Shown here in pieces: positions 1 through 30,159 of a stretch of DNA of 64,000 nucleotides; the first letter of the stretch is position 1; each line of letters opens with the position of its first letter. This stretch comes from Chrysomallon squamiferum (Eukaryota > Animalia > Mollusca), in assembly GCA_012295275.1 (NCBI GenBank), contig CM022676.1:9796001-9860000 (forward strand), in the 5' to 3' direction. The position numbers and the translations under genes were made by a program. Under the pieces are notes generated by a model that worked only from the letters and a program-made list of their open reading frames with translations, made no database searches and was not told the origin of the DNA.

Positions 1-15927
<15,927 letters not shown>

Positions 15928-15932
15928 CATAT

Positions 15933-15969
<37 letters not shown>

Positions 15970-16034
15970 AGAAAGAATGAGAGAGAACTCAAGGAACATA
16001 ACTTTTTTTTTTAACGCTTTTAATGTTTTGCAGT

Positions 16035-16500
16035 GCAGTGCAAGCTTATCGAAATTTCAGCTAATTTTAGTTAGGTTTTTTATTTTGTTTTTTGTTGTTT
16101 GTTTTGTTTTTTTGTTTGTTTGTTGGTTGTTTTTTGTTTTTTTAATACAAATTTGTCTTCTACCAATGCAAGCTTATGAAATTTGAGAAACGTTTTTGGT
16201 TCATTTTTAAATTTTGTTATGTTTTAGAAAATAACTTTCCATTCTGTTGGATGCAAGATTGTGAAAATTATTTTTAATATTTTTGTTTTCAAAGTTTGAA
16301 TTTTTGTTATATTACAAAAAACAGCTTGTTAATCTTTGTTATATTTATATATTATAGAAAAATAAATATTTATTCAGATGGATGCAAGATTATTAAATTT
16401 CTCAAATATTTTCGTTCAAATTAATTTTTTTTTTATTATAGAATAGAAAAATACTTTCTAGTTTGTTCAATGCAGGCTTATAAAAATTTGTGAATATATT
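16035..16500 (+). repeat. Degenerate tandem repeat just 3' of the receptor stop codon
   Basis: TGCAAGCTTATGAAATTT-like core at ~16039, 16167, 16252, 16383 and 16471. Confidence 0.65.
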
Positions 16501-16880
16501 TTGATTCAGTTTTTTTTTTTTTTTGTTATGTTATAGAAAATTTGATACTTTAATTTGTTAACTGCTTTGTTGCCTGTACAACTTAGGTGCACAAGCTTGG
16601 CAACTTTTATAAAAAAAAACAACTTTTGTTTGTTTAAGCAAATGATGCCCAGAACACAACAAAAAAAAAAAAATATTAACTATAGGTAGGTGTCAGGTAA
16701 TTATTTTTTGCTTTATCTCAGTTAAAAATAAATGTAATAGTGAAGGCATAGATAGTGTGTGTGTCTGTGTGTCTGTTTGTGTGTGCTAAAGTTACAAATA
16801 ATCTTGATCCTAGTTTTTGTTGAATAATCTAACCAGTGAGTTTATGAAATTTGTGACAAATGTAGTTAATCTTTAACTAA

Positions 16881-17056
16881 AGCAGCATTCACACTACATG
16901 ACTTGATGTACTACACATGTTAACTGAAGGTGAATTCTCACTACTTCTCTTTCAGTAACCATCTTTGTTAAAGTAGCATTTTCACTGTGTAACTTGCAGT
17001 AACAACTTTTTAGCAGAGAAAGGAATGGAGAGAGAGAGACAGAGAGAGACAGAGAC

Positions 17057-17125
<69 letters not shown>

Positions 17126-17206
17126 TGAACTGTTTTCAGCTCTTAAATTTCTTTTTCAAAAGAAGGTAGAAATTGGTCTTTCAAATCAACTAGTGTGAAT
17201 GCTGCT
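16881..17206. mobile_element. PIF/Harbinger (Tourist)-type MITE
   Basis: Perfect 16-bp TIRs AGCAGCATTCACACTA (16881-16896) and TAGTGTGAATGCTGCT (17191-17206), flanked on both sides by TAA (3-bp TSD). Non-coding interior with a (GA)n tract. Confidence 0.75.
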
Positions 17207-17502
17207 TAACCAGTACACATTTATAAAATGTTTTTGTTTTACACCATAAAATAGTTTTATGATCGGAAAGCTGGATACACTAACTCCATTATTTTATCAG
17301 TAACTGTGGGTTTTTATGTGTTAAGTGTTTGTGTTTAGCTCTGTTAAACTTTTACTTTTTTCTGTATATATTTTTTAAGAACAAAGGTAGGAGGAATGTT
17401 TTTTAATTTATTTTTATTGTTATTATTATTATTATTATTATTGTTATTGTTATTGTTATTATTGTTGTTATTATTGTTATTATTTTTTTAATTATTTCTA
17501 TT

Positions 17503-17533
<31 letters not shown>

Positions 17534-17567
17534 TTTTATTATTATTTTTATTATTATTTTTTTTTTA

Positions 17568-17608
<41 letters not shown>

Positions 17609-17609
17609 T

Positions 17610-17650
<41 letters not shown>

Positions 17651-19355
17651 TAAATTACCTCATCCTTGCAGAACCTTGTAAAAAGTGTGCTGTGTTTAAC
17701 ATTTTATATTATTTTTAAAATTTTATTTAGTTAATTTTAAGTTTTATTTATTCTTTTTGTTTATTGTTTGCTAGATTTTCTATATATAAAAAAAAATTAA
17801 TTCAGCAAGAGTTATCTACCTTAATTAGTGTCCATATAGTGTTATCATTCCTGTTTTTTTCTGATTATTATTGTTTTATTAAAAATTATTGTTATTATTA
17901 TCATAATTCATCATCATCATTTTGTTATTATTGTTATTATTATTACTATTATTATTATTGTTATTATTATTATTATTACTGGGTATAAATGTGATATAAA
18001 TAAAACGAGAGATGAAAAAATTGTTTATATTTTCAAATGTCTGTCATACAGCCTTAGGGTTCTTTAAAAGAACTTATTACAAAACAAATTACAACAGTTA
18101 ATACTCATATTACTTTATTATTATTATTATTTCTTATCTTATTTTTTGCATTTCAAACTTAAACCTGCATTAAAACCAAAAAAACAAAATAAAAAAACCA
18201 TATTCACTTATAAAAATTTTATTAGTAGTAAAGGTTGAAGTTAAGAATAAAGTTTATCAAACAGCCTCATTATTTTATTTTAAAACTTTATTAACTACTG
18301 AAGCTTCCAAGAGCTTCTTGTTACTGTTAAACTTTATTATTAGTGAAGGATGGGAATCACATTAGAGAATCACAGGACTCTTATGTCACCAAAGTTGTAT
18401 ATTATTGAAAACTTTATTATTAGAAAAGGTTCAGGGTTAAGAAAAAAAAAAAGAAAAAGTAATGAATATTAAGCATTATATTTGCCTTATTGCATTATTC
18501 CCAAACTTTATTATAACTAAAATTTAGGTGTAAAAAAAAAAAAAAAAAAAAAGAAAAAATTGTTATCTGCAAATTTTAATTTATTTTTAGTAAAGGTTTG
18601 GTGTGTAAAAGAAATATATGAAATTACAAGTATGAGAAATGTGTTTAAATTATTGTCACCTGTGAACTTAAAGTACTTAGATAACCACAATATTATTTAA
18701 TTTTAATTTGCACTTCATTTTTCTATGTGTTATTAGTTACTTATACAATGTAATATACATAATATACTATTTATGTAAATATGTGTATATGAAATGGTAC
18801 CTCATTATTGTACATACTAAAGAAAATGTGTATATATATATAAAATGCTCAAGTGGCTCTCTCTATTGCAGCCACCTTGCCTATAACAGTACCCTGATAA
18901 TATTCCACATCTAATATGAATTAAACACCTGATTTAAACAGCCGCCTGAGTTATAAAATCCATATGGTTGTATAAGTCAGGTTCCTGGATATTTCAGGTT
19001 GAAAAATAGACATATTTTTTTTTTTTTTTTTAAATTCGTTTGATCCTACTCATTGTTATTTTATTTATGTGTGTGTGTGTGTGTGTGTGTGTGTCTGTGT
19101 CTGTATGTGTCTGTTTCTGTATGTGTTCATATATATATATATATACATAAAACATTGGTTTTATCAAATACACTAACTTTTTTGATAAATGCCATATTAT
19201 GTAATTATTTAATTATAAAAATTTATATACTACATATATATAATGTGTGTGTGTATGTATATGTATATGTGTGTATGTGTATATTTATATATATATCTGT
19301 ATATATGCATTTATATATATCTATATATGTATATATACATATATATATTTATATA

Positions 19356-19387
<32 letters not shown>

Positions 19388-20242
19388 AATACACACACAC
19401 ACATATATAAATAACAGGGTATTATTATTATTATTACTTATTATTTTTTTCATACCTTGACAGATACACAGGTGAAAAACACAGGTGTATATTTGGGGCA
19501 GCATTACACATTGTGAGTTTCTGTTTCATCTTTTCGATTAATCACTCTAGCGCTGGCAAGACGCTGAAAATTTTTCATAAGCTCACATTAGCATATTCAT
19601 ATGTCAAGGGTCAAAGATCGTGGGTCATCCATCTATCTGTACAAACATATGTATCTGTGTGTATGTGTGTCTGTGTGTGTGTGTGTGTATGTGTGTTGTT
19701 ATGTAAGTAGGTAGGTATGAAATATGTATGTTAATATTCATGACATTGATTCTCTGAGTTCAAGATAATTATGTATTCATATGTCAGGGTCAAGGTCAGA
19801 AAAGTCCATTTTATTAGTGCCATATAATTGAAATTCTGTTTGAATGTTTAAGATGCGATTTTTTAAAATTATTTTATATGTATGTATACGTGTATGTATA
19901 TTACTGTTACTTGTAATAATTATTATTATTGTTATTGTTATTAATACTATTATAATACAGAAATAATTTTGTTTTCTTGTTATTGTATCTTAAACCAGTG
20001 TGCAGAATAATACATTATAGTGCTATAAAAAAACTCTCAAAAAAAAATCTAACAAAATAACAACTATTATTTAATTTATAAAGGTCTGCTTATGGAACAA
20101 ACAGGGAAGATATCTTACTTAATTTTTATAATGAAAATCATTTATTTAATTTGTACTTAAAAATAACAAAAATCAATTATTTAATTTAAAATGGCCTAAT
20201 ATAAAATCTTTTATTTATTTTAAATGTGTTTGATCATACTTT

Positions 20243-20274
<32 letters not shown>

Positions 20275-22249
20275 AAAGGCTAAATATTAAAATAAATGAA
20301 TGAAAATCTAGTACTTCAATTTAAACTAGCCTAATATACAGATAATGTGTGGTTAAAAAAATAAAGAAAAGAAAAAGGAACAAGAAAAACCAAGAAAGAA
20401 AACAAAACTTAAATTAAAGAGCTAGTAATGTAAGAATATATTATATCGTATCAGTAACCCAGTTTCCTAATTACTCTGCTTAACTGGTTATATTGAATAC
20501 TTGGTTACATTGGTTACATTGGTTATTTGGTTACCTGACTGCAAAAATGATTACTGACTTATTTTAGAAAATGTAAAATCTGTTAGACATGTTTATAGAA
20601 ATGTTCAGCACCAGCAACACACTTTATTTTATTTTTAACATTTTCTTATTTACTAACCTGGTAGACACTATTTTGAAAAAAAAACAATAAAAAATAAATA
20701 AATAAATAAATGTCACTAAAAAGTTTAAACCCATCCTCCTAGTTTTAAAATTTGGCTTACTAGCCAAGCAAAAATTTAAATAGACTACATGCGTATTTTT
20801 ATTTCTGTATGAAAAAGAAGCTTGAAAAATTACATAGTAAAACCTTTAAGAAGGAGGTTAGGGTTAGATTGGGATTATTATTATTATTATTATTATTATT
20901 ATGAAACGTGGGAAAAAAAACCCCGCTGGTATTATTTAAACAGAAATATTTGTATTAATCATACTTAAAAAAAACATTTATAAGCATAGAGTTTATTATT
21001 CATTAAGCTCACAACTGTTAGTGCTTTTTAAAATTATAATCAGATTTGTTATTTAAGTATAATGTGTTTCTGTTATATACCTGTGTGTTTTACTTACATC
21101 AGTAATATTTCAATTAACATAGAACTAATGTTTATAATTTGAGAGGTTTTTTTTCATTTTTTTTTCAGATTTATTCTTTAAGCATTGTGTGTGAGTGTAC
21201 ATTTGTATGTGTGTGTGTGTATGTGTATGTGTGTATTTACATAAATCTTTAACTATACATCATTTGTATATAATGTAATAGTGTATGTGTGTTCATTTAG
21301 TGTGTTGTTTGTATATGTGAGTGGTTTCATGTATGTGTGTGTGTGAACGGTGTACACATTCTGTACCATTTACATCAGTGCGTGTGTGTGTGTATGTGTA
21401 AAATCTCTGGATGTGTTAATGTAATGTATGTACATGAGGGTGCATTTCTGATCTGTGTAATGCAGTATGTTAACGAAACGTGTGCATTTATGTGTTTGTT
21501 GCTAAAGCACATATTTACAATTGTGTTGTGAATTTTAAACACATAAAAGTAATCTTTATTCATGTTACTGATAATAAAAAAATCATTGTTTTCTTTATTT
21601 ACACAGTGTCCTGTTGTTATTTTGTACAAAGAAACACACGCATGCATGCATGCATGATGCATAAATACACATAACTTGGAACAAATAATGCACAAAATAA
21701 TGTCCTGTGTAGTAATTTCATCTACTATAATTTTTGTTAGATAATCTGGAGTCCTGGTTGGAACAACATAATGGTTTGCAATTGACCAACATGTCACACA
21801 CACACACAGAGACACATACGTATGTGCGTACACACGCATCTATACTTATATATATTATATGTTAAAGACATTTATCTACATTAAAGAATACACACCTATA
21901 CATTAACCAAATGAACATATACATTAAACTGCATACATATATTGCATTACATATACATCTAACCACACACATATACATTAACACACACAAACATATACAT
22001 TAACACACACAAACATTTGCATTAACACAGACACATGTACATTAAACCACAACATACGTGCTACATACATTAAGAAATACATACATATATATATTATCTA
22101 CCTCACATTCTCAAGTTTTCTCTATTTCTCTCTGACTCTATCTCAACACACACACACATATAAATATTTAAAATTGAAATGCAGTTATCGACAAAAACGA
22201 GATATAAAATAACAGATTTCTAAAAATATATATTGTGTGATTATATCAG

Positions 22250-22872
22250 CTACAAGCGTGTATCGTGAACGTCTGACAACTCTGCAGAGGTTATCTCCCT
22301 TGTTCCCGTTACAGCTAGATGGCGCTGCTTAGAGTAGTAATTTCTAGACGTGTCGCCATTTTTGTTTTTACATTCCATGATGGTAAAACATGTTTCTTTT
22401 TCATTCTGAGAAAGAAAGAGAAATTTTTTATTTATTATTAATTTATTAATTTACTGTTAAAAGTAATACGTACATATATTTTTTTAGGTTTTTTAAAGTT
22501 ATGAATAAAATAAAACATTTTATTATTTTTATAGATAGATAAATAAATAAATAAATAAATAAATAAAAAAGAAATTTGAGTATTTATATCTAAATCTGTT
22601 TTAATCTTTTTAAATAACATCAGCTGAATATACTTTAAAAACATTTAGAATTATAAACTGTTATAAAAAGTCTCCACCCGAGTTATCTCCCTGTTTTGTA
22701 ACGAACTCACCACATCCGTTTCCTGTTCTTTCTTTTTCGGCGATGGCGGAAAACACAAACAAGTAAAAAATCTCTCAAATATTCGTAACTGAAATTTATC
22801 GTCAACATCTTTTGAATCTGTAGCACCTAGAAAAAAATAAAAATAAAAATAAAAATAATAATAATAATAATA

Positions 22873-22916
<44 letters not shown>

Positions 22917-23043
22917 AATAATAATGATGATGATAATAGTAATAATGATGTCAATGATGATGCTGATTAATAGCGTAGGTTATAGTGATAACTGCGATAA
23001 CGATTAAGATAATAATAATAATAAAAGAAGAAGATAACAACAA

Positions 23044-23094
<51 letters not shown>

Positions 23095-23201
23095 ATTATC
23101 CAGCTATTAAACAAAAACAACTAACCAATCAAACAACCAACCGCAGTCGGCAACCATTTGAAGAGTGGGCCAAGATATTAAATGTATTATACACATACAC
23201 C

Positions 23202-23274
<73 letters not shown>

Positions 23275-23919
23275 CTGTATAGACAAAACAGTAGTATATG
23301 AGAACACACACACATACATACATACATACATACATACATTATTTTTTCTACAAAAATCTGTCATGAGATATCATCTGCTGCCATTATGGCAGGAAAAATT
23401 AATATACCACATGTTTCACAAATTATATGTTTTAAAAAAAAAAAAAAAAAACATGGTCTACTTGAAATCATTGTTGGTAGATTCACTCTGTGAACTTTAC
23501 AGGAAAAAACCCCAGAGAGAACTGCGCAGGACAGGAAACTGTGGTAAACAACACGCTGACGCTTTTACCCAACACTTGGTTGCTAAGCAGTGACAGTGAT
23601 GACGTAACGTTTACTACTTACCTGTAGCGTAACTCATGACCAGTCCTATGAAGACTGTTGATATGATTCCAAGTGCGCTGAACCACAGATAGGATAAACC
23701 ATAGAGCTTCTCCATACCTTGTCTGAAAACGTGTTATTATCATCATCATCATCATTATCATTATCATTGTTATTATTATTACTACTAAAACTACTACTAC
23801 CACTACTGCTACTACTATTGTTGTTGTTGTTGTCTTTATTATCGTCACCAATCATCATTATTATTATTACCATTATTATTATTATTATGATTATCATTAT
23901 TATTACTATCATTATTATG

Positions 23920-23982
<63 letters not shown>

Positions 23983-26184
23983 ACAACAGGTTTCTTTCTA
24001 GGGGCTACAGATTCTAAAGACACTGAAGATAAATTTCAGTTACGAATATCTGATGGATTTTCAAGCGCATCTGTAACACTATGAATAAATAATATGGTCT
24101 AATAAAAATTGTTATATATTTAAAACTGTTATTATTTAACAGTTTTAGATAAACAAAGTATAATGATAAAACAATATTGTTAAAAAGGCAAAAAACAGCA
24201 GAATGTTGCCATTTTTCCTTCTTCACAACAGGAGTCATAACGTCATCACGTACATGACAATATAATAGTTACATTATTACAAGATGACGTCATTGAAAAA
24301 TGGCGGTGTCTGTGACTCTTGAGTTACTGATTTACTGTTGCTCATAGTTATTATTTAAATCTGGACTGCGAAAAGTGGAAATAATAATAATAATAATATA
24401 ACTTATAAAATATTTCTTCTTATCACAAAAGGTTCACTTTAAGAAATTATTTATACAATTTAATACAAACAAAATCTAATCAAAGCTTAATAACAAAAAT
24501 AAACGAAAAAAAAAAGAAAAAAAAAAAGAACTCACAGTCTGGCAGGATCACTTGGTGACAAGGTTGTCATGGCAGTCGTTGCCATGGTATTCACGGTGGT
24601 GGTTGTTGATAAGGAGACATTTGAAGTGATGTTACATCCATCACTGGACGTTGGTAGTCTGAAATCTAGAGGCGTGGTCAGATAGGCACCCACACTTAGC
24701 CACAGGGCGAATCCAAGTCCACACACACCCCCTATCAGTGTACCCTGAAAATAATGACGTCATCATGATCATCATCGTCGTCATCAATAATAAAAATAAA
24801 GAACTATGTTGTTGTTGTTGTTATTATTGTTATTGTTATTGTTAATTGTATTATTATTATTATTATTGTTGTTGTTGTTGTTGTTGTTGTAACTTATTAT
24901 TTTGTGATGTCATGACATTTCAGATTGAATGGTATTTTCATTAGTATATAAAATGCTGGCGAAAACCGCATGAAAGAAATGTTTGTACTCACGATCCAGT
25001 TAGTACCAGAAAAACACGCTCCAAGAATAAAAATCCCAACTAAAGGTGCGCCAATCGCTCCATTCAGTGTCAGTGAGGCCTGAGTAGGGCAACAGGAAAA
25101 AAAATAATAATAAAAAAAATAAAACGTATATAAAAGCAAATTCATAAAGAAAAAAGTACAAGAAAAGCAAATAAGTAACTCGGTAAATAAATAAATTAAT
25201 AAAATTTACGGACCTGTAAAACTGTTCCTCCAAGCTGCGCCACTAGAAAAGCCAGACCCACTCCTAAGCATCCATAGCAAGCAGCTAAATATAAACATAT
25301 CTAACAAATAAAACACGTGCACACAATAACGTAATCAGAGGATCGTCTTTTTTGATACAAAGCAAGATGATCTGCCTGCCAGTTATTACATCAAGTACAA
25401 TGGTTTGCTTTATTACATCCATGGGAAGGTTCATATGTTAAGAAACCTTCCTGCTAATTCATATTATATCCTATCAAAATTAACAAGTTGCCACTCTGAT
25501 TTATTCTTTGAACGAAGTCTATAATTATGAAGATATATAAATATATATATATATATATATAATTTGTTTGTTTTCAGTTAATTTTCATCGTGTCAATCGC
25601 TGTTGTTTAGAAGTCATTTAAAGGGAACAAACTCTTCCTTGCATGTAAATTCCATAAATTCATGTAAAGGGAGACAACTGCTGACTTACCCAACACTTTA
25701 GTTATGACGGTGGCTCTGGCGTCCGGAATGTGAGAAAAACGAATTTTAAGGAAATCTTCCCACGTGACTGCTGCTAATGAGTTTAGCATCGACGAAACAG
25801 AGCTATATATATATATATATATATAAGTAAGTAAATAAATAAATAAAATACAGATATATAAATACAATAGTTGGTAATCTACTCAAACATTAACTATAAA
25901 CAAAAAATTTAAAAAAATATCCCTCCCCAAAAGAAATCCCAGTCAATCGGCAAATAATAAAACAGTTCGTATCACTGTTACTCTCATCTGAACATCAGCG
26001 TCATCATTACTACAATCATTTTGTTATAACAGTTCTTAATAATATTATTATCATTGTCATCATCGTCATAATTACTATTATTATTATCATCATGACTATC
26101 ATCATCATCATGATCATCGTATTATCACTGTCATTGTTGTTCTCGTCGTTATTATTATTATCATCATCATCATCATAATAATTA

Positions 26185-26237
<53 letters not shown>

Positions 26238-29200
26238 CCTCAGTGCTCCACTAAATAATGACGCAACGAACAAACCCGGAAGACCAGGAAAATGGCCGAG
26301 GATGTCGATGACGAAGAAGGGAAGCAACTACAGAAAATAAACATGATAGTAAAATATTAATGTTAGTATCCAAACACGTTAATAACTAAGTGATTAAATT
26401 ATATAATAAATATGTGTAAGGTTTTGAAAACAATAATTAAAGAAAAGTAAATAATAAATCAGAAAATGAAGTAATGCAGTGTATACAGTCAGGTCTAGTG
26501 TGTACGTAATATTAAGGTACGCCAGAATGAGACTCTGACGTCATGGCATTTTCGTCTGCCAAAAGCAGTGATCCAATTTCTGTTCATCGGCAACTGTTTA
26601 TGCGTTGCATTAACTCGCTGTAGTTTAATAAACGGACAGAGAGAAACATTTTATGACTTATTCGACACATTGCCCAGGAGTGTCATACTCGTTTCGTTTT
26701 CATTCCAAGTAGATCTTTGAATAGGAAATCAAAAGGAAAAAATAGTGCTTCAAAAAGCAGACGATCTTTTCCCCGAGTTTTTCTTGAAGTCCTATCAGTG
26801 TTTTAGCGATTTTTTTATCAGCATGTCAAATTTTGTGTCGTTTGGGTGGAGAGTCGATGCTTTTTTCTAAATAAGAAAAAAAAACTCTGTTACTGCTGTT
26901 ACTGCTGATAGCGAGCTAGGATATATGCGACTGAAACTTTCACCTCGCCTGAAGATGTTAGTTGACGTTGTGTCGAAATGGACCGTGTATTACTCCTTCA
27001 TTTTAAAACTGGAAACTTCGCTGTTAACCAATCAACAATTCAGAGAGTAAATACTGCAAGGAACAAACTAGTCATCTCAGTCCCTTTGCTTCTGTTGCCA
27101 GCTCAAGTAGGTCAGTATTAAAATCTGTAGTAGCAAGGAAGGGTTTTCTTTTCGGGGAAAGATTACGTAGCTGTAAATACTGTTCAGCAAATGAACAAAT
27201 TTTTTTCAAAGCTGGAATCCCAAGAGATAAGCCATCTTTTTTTTTTTTTAATGAAAATAAACTACTGAGTGGTATCAACCCTCGCTGCAGAAGAAATCAA
27301 CACGTTCAGGATTAATTTTCCATCGAAAAATTATTTTCGCAATTCCTAAATATGGGGGCAGTGACTTCTTGTAATGAAAGGGCCTTCAAAGCAGTCTCCC
27401 GAAGGACTTTAAAAATGACGTCACTTTCACAGACATGCATGGACTCCGTTTGATTGGAGAACTATTGACGGGTCCCGTGGTTGAAGATGTTTTATTCATC
27501 CGTAGATGGACCGGTCAGATATGGTGAAGTCATCGGAGCTCTAAAGAATACGTTTGATGCACGCGCTGATGCTACGTCTCTGCTGAATAGAGAAATTCAT
27601 TTCTCTTTTGAAATGTAATTCATCCCCCAGTGTAAAAAATCTATCACTTCTGCACGTCTCAAGGAAAATCGGCTCATAGAGATGTTTTTGTGATGTCTTC
27701 ATGCTATAATAGGTGTTAGAGAGATAATACAGATGGCTATTATAAAATAAATAAATAAATAAATAAATAAATAAAATCCTGCAGCCTAACTAATTGAGAT
27801 GACAAAAACTAGTAACATTGCGTAACATTTGTGCGGAACAAATCGTTGGCATGCTCAGTCTGTAAAGTAACGTTTTCCCAGCGTCTGTCGGTTACCTTGA
27901 CAACACGATCCGAGCAGACGAGAGGAAATTATAAACTGGGCTGTGGGGAAAATAAAAGCAAGAAATAAAAGAGAGACGAAACGCAGAAGGCCTGCTGATG
28001 TGAAAAATAGAATTATTAAAGAGGAAGGAATCATTTTAAAAAGCAAGAAAAGAAAAGAAAGAAAAAGAAACGAGAAGAAAAAAGAAAGTTGAAACTACGC
28101 TAGAAAGTCTGAAAACTGAAGACTGTGTCAGTGCTTCCTGAATTGTAAAAAAATGATGACCTGTTAGACCATGATTTTCGATATATAATTTTGATTTGTA
28201 TAAAAACTAGTAACTTGAAATTTGCTGGTGGGGGATAATAATAATAATAATAAAACAACAACAAACAAACATATATATATGATATTTATGTATGTGTTTG
28301 TTTTGTTCATATGTGTGTAAGTCATTGCATGTGCCTGTTGTATGTATGTGCGTACACAAGTAATATTTATCCATATAGTTAACGAAGACAATAATAAATA
28401 ATAGACCTGGTTCGGGTTGGATATTTTCTTGGTTTGAAGAGGATCACACTCGGCGTAGTACGCATAAAGAGCCAGTCCAGTAACTGAGCACAGCGTGATC
28501 AGTATAAACATGCCGGGGACATTGCACAGTAGTGACCTGCGAAAAAAACCCAGATAAATATACATAGGTGTGTACGTGAGATTACAGTCATATACACACA
28601 CACACGCACCCTTAAACGTAATGTCCCTGTATCTCTCCTTCTGTCTCCGTCATATCTCTCTCTCTCTGTCTGTCTGTCTCCCTCTGTCTGTCTGTCTCTC
28701 TCTGTCTGTCTCTGTCTGTCTCTCTCTGTCTCTCTCTCTATGTCTGTCTCTCTCTCTGTCTCTCTCTCTCTGTCTGTCTGTCTCTCTCTATCTCTCTCTC
28801 TGTCTCTCTCTTAATAGTATATTACTATTATTACAAAATTGATTTTATTTCATCACCATTATCACTGCCTTCGCCATCATTTTCACCACTGCAATGACGT
28901 CATCATCACTAGTCAATTATGTTTATTAGGAGTACAATAACTTTCAACTATTCCTATCATCATTATCATTATCATCATCGTCATTATTATAATCCTCATG
29001 TATATAGTTCTACAGTATCTTTAATCAAGACAACCATTATTATCAATCATCATCATCATCGCTATAATCATCATTATCATCCTAATCATCATCACACCCA
29101 TCATCCAGTCACTCTCACATCACCATCATCTTTCACATACACATTTTTTATACATATATATATATATATACAATTAATCGACGCAGTACATATATACACG

Positions 29201-30118
29201 TCAAAAATGAGAGAAGAAACCCGCCTAGGCTACTCCTTTTTGTATATATTAACTGCAGGACAGTACGTACCATCTAGCGTGTTTCAGGGACTTCGTTGAG
29301 GCAAATCTTTGAACCATCTGCTGGTCTACAGTGTACGGTGGCAACCACACGAAGTAAATACCAACAATCAGAGTCCAGAACGTGTGACGTATGTGTGGGT
29401 CGGTGTTAAAGCTTTCAAATAGATAAATAAATATGTATGTATGTATGTAAGTAAGTAAGTAAGTAAGTAAAGTAAGTAAGTAAGTAAATAAATAGATAGA
29501 TAAAAAAAAACTACCAGAGATAAATATGTATGTATCGTGTTAAAGTAAATAATAAATAAATAAATAAATAACACAATTAAAAAATAAAAATAAAAAGAAA
29601 GAAAAAAAAAGTAATAAAAACAAAAAAAAAAAAAAGAAAGAAAGAAAACCCAATAAAACAACAACCAAAAATGAAAACAATGACAACATCAGCAATAATA
29701 ATAATAATAGTAATAATAATAATAAAACAACGACATGCTGCTACTACTAGTAGTACAGATTCTAGAACAACATCTACTACTGCTACAATTTGTTACATCT
29801 ACAGTTACTAACATTAATAAAACTCATAATAATAGCAGATGTAGTTGTAGTTGTAGTAGCAGAAGCAGCAGCAGTAGCAGTTGTAGTAGTAATATCGTAC
29901 CGACAATAATAGAACTATTAAAACTAGTGACAGTTGTAATAATACTGACTACAACAACACCACCACAACAACAACAAACAAATATTAAAAAAATACGTAA
30001 CTTACTCTAAAAATGATATACGTCCGCCTTTTTGACAAATACGCCACACTTCTGAAATCCCTCCGACTTTTATACACGCCTTAAAATAATAATTATATAT
30101 TTAAATTATCTCCCCTTC

Positions 30119-30159
<41 letters not shown>

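Noticed and set aside
20455-20540. GTAACC/GGTTAC short inverted and direct repeats
   Set aside because: Too short and degenerate to call an element.
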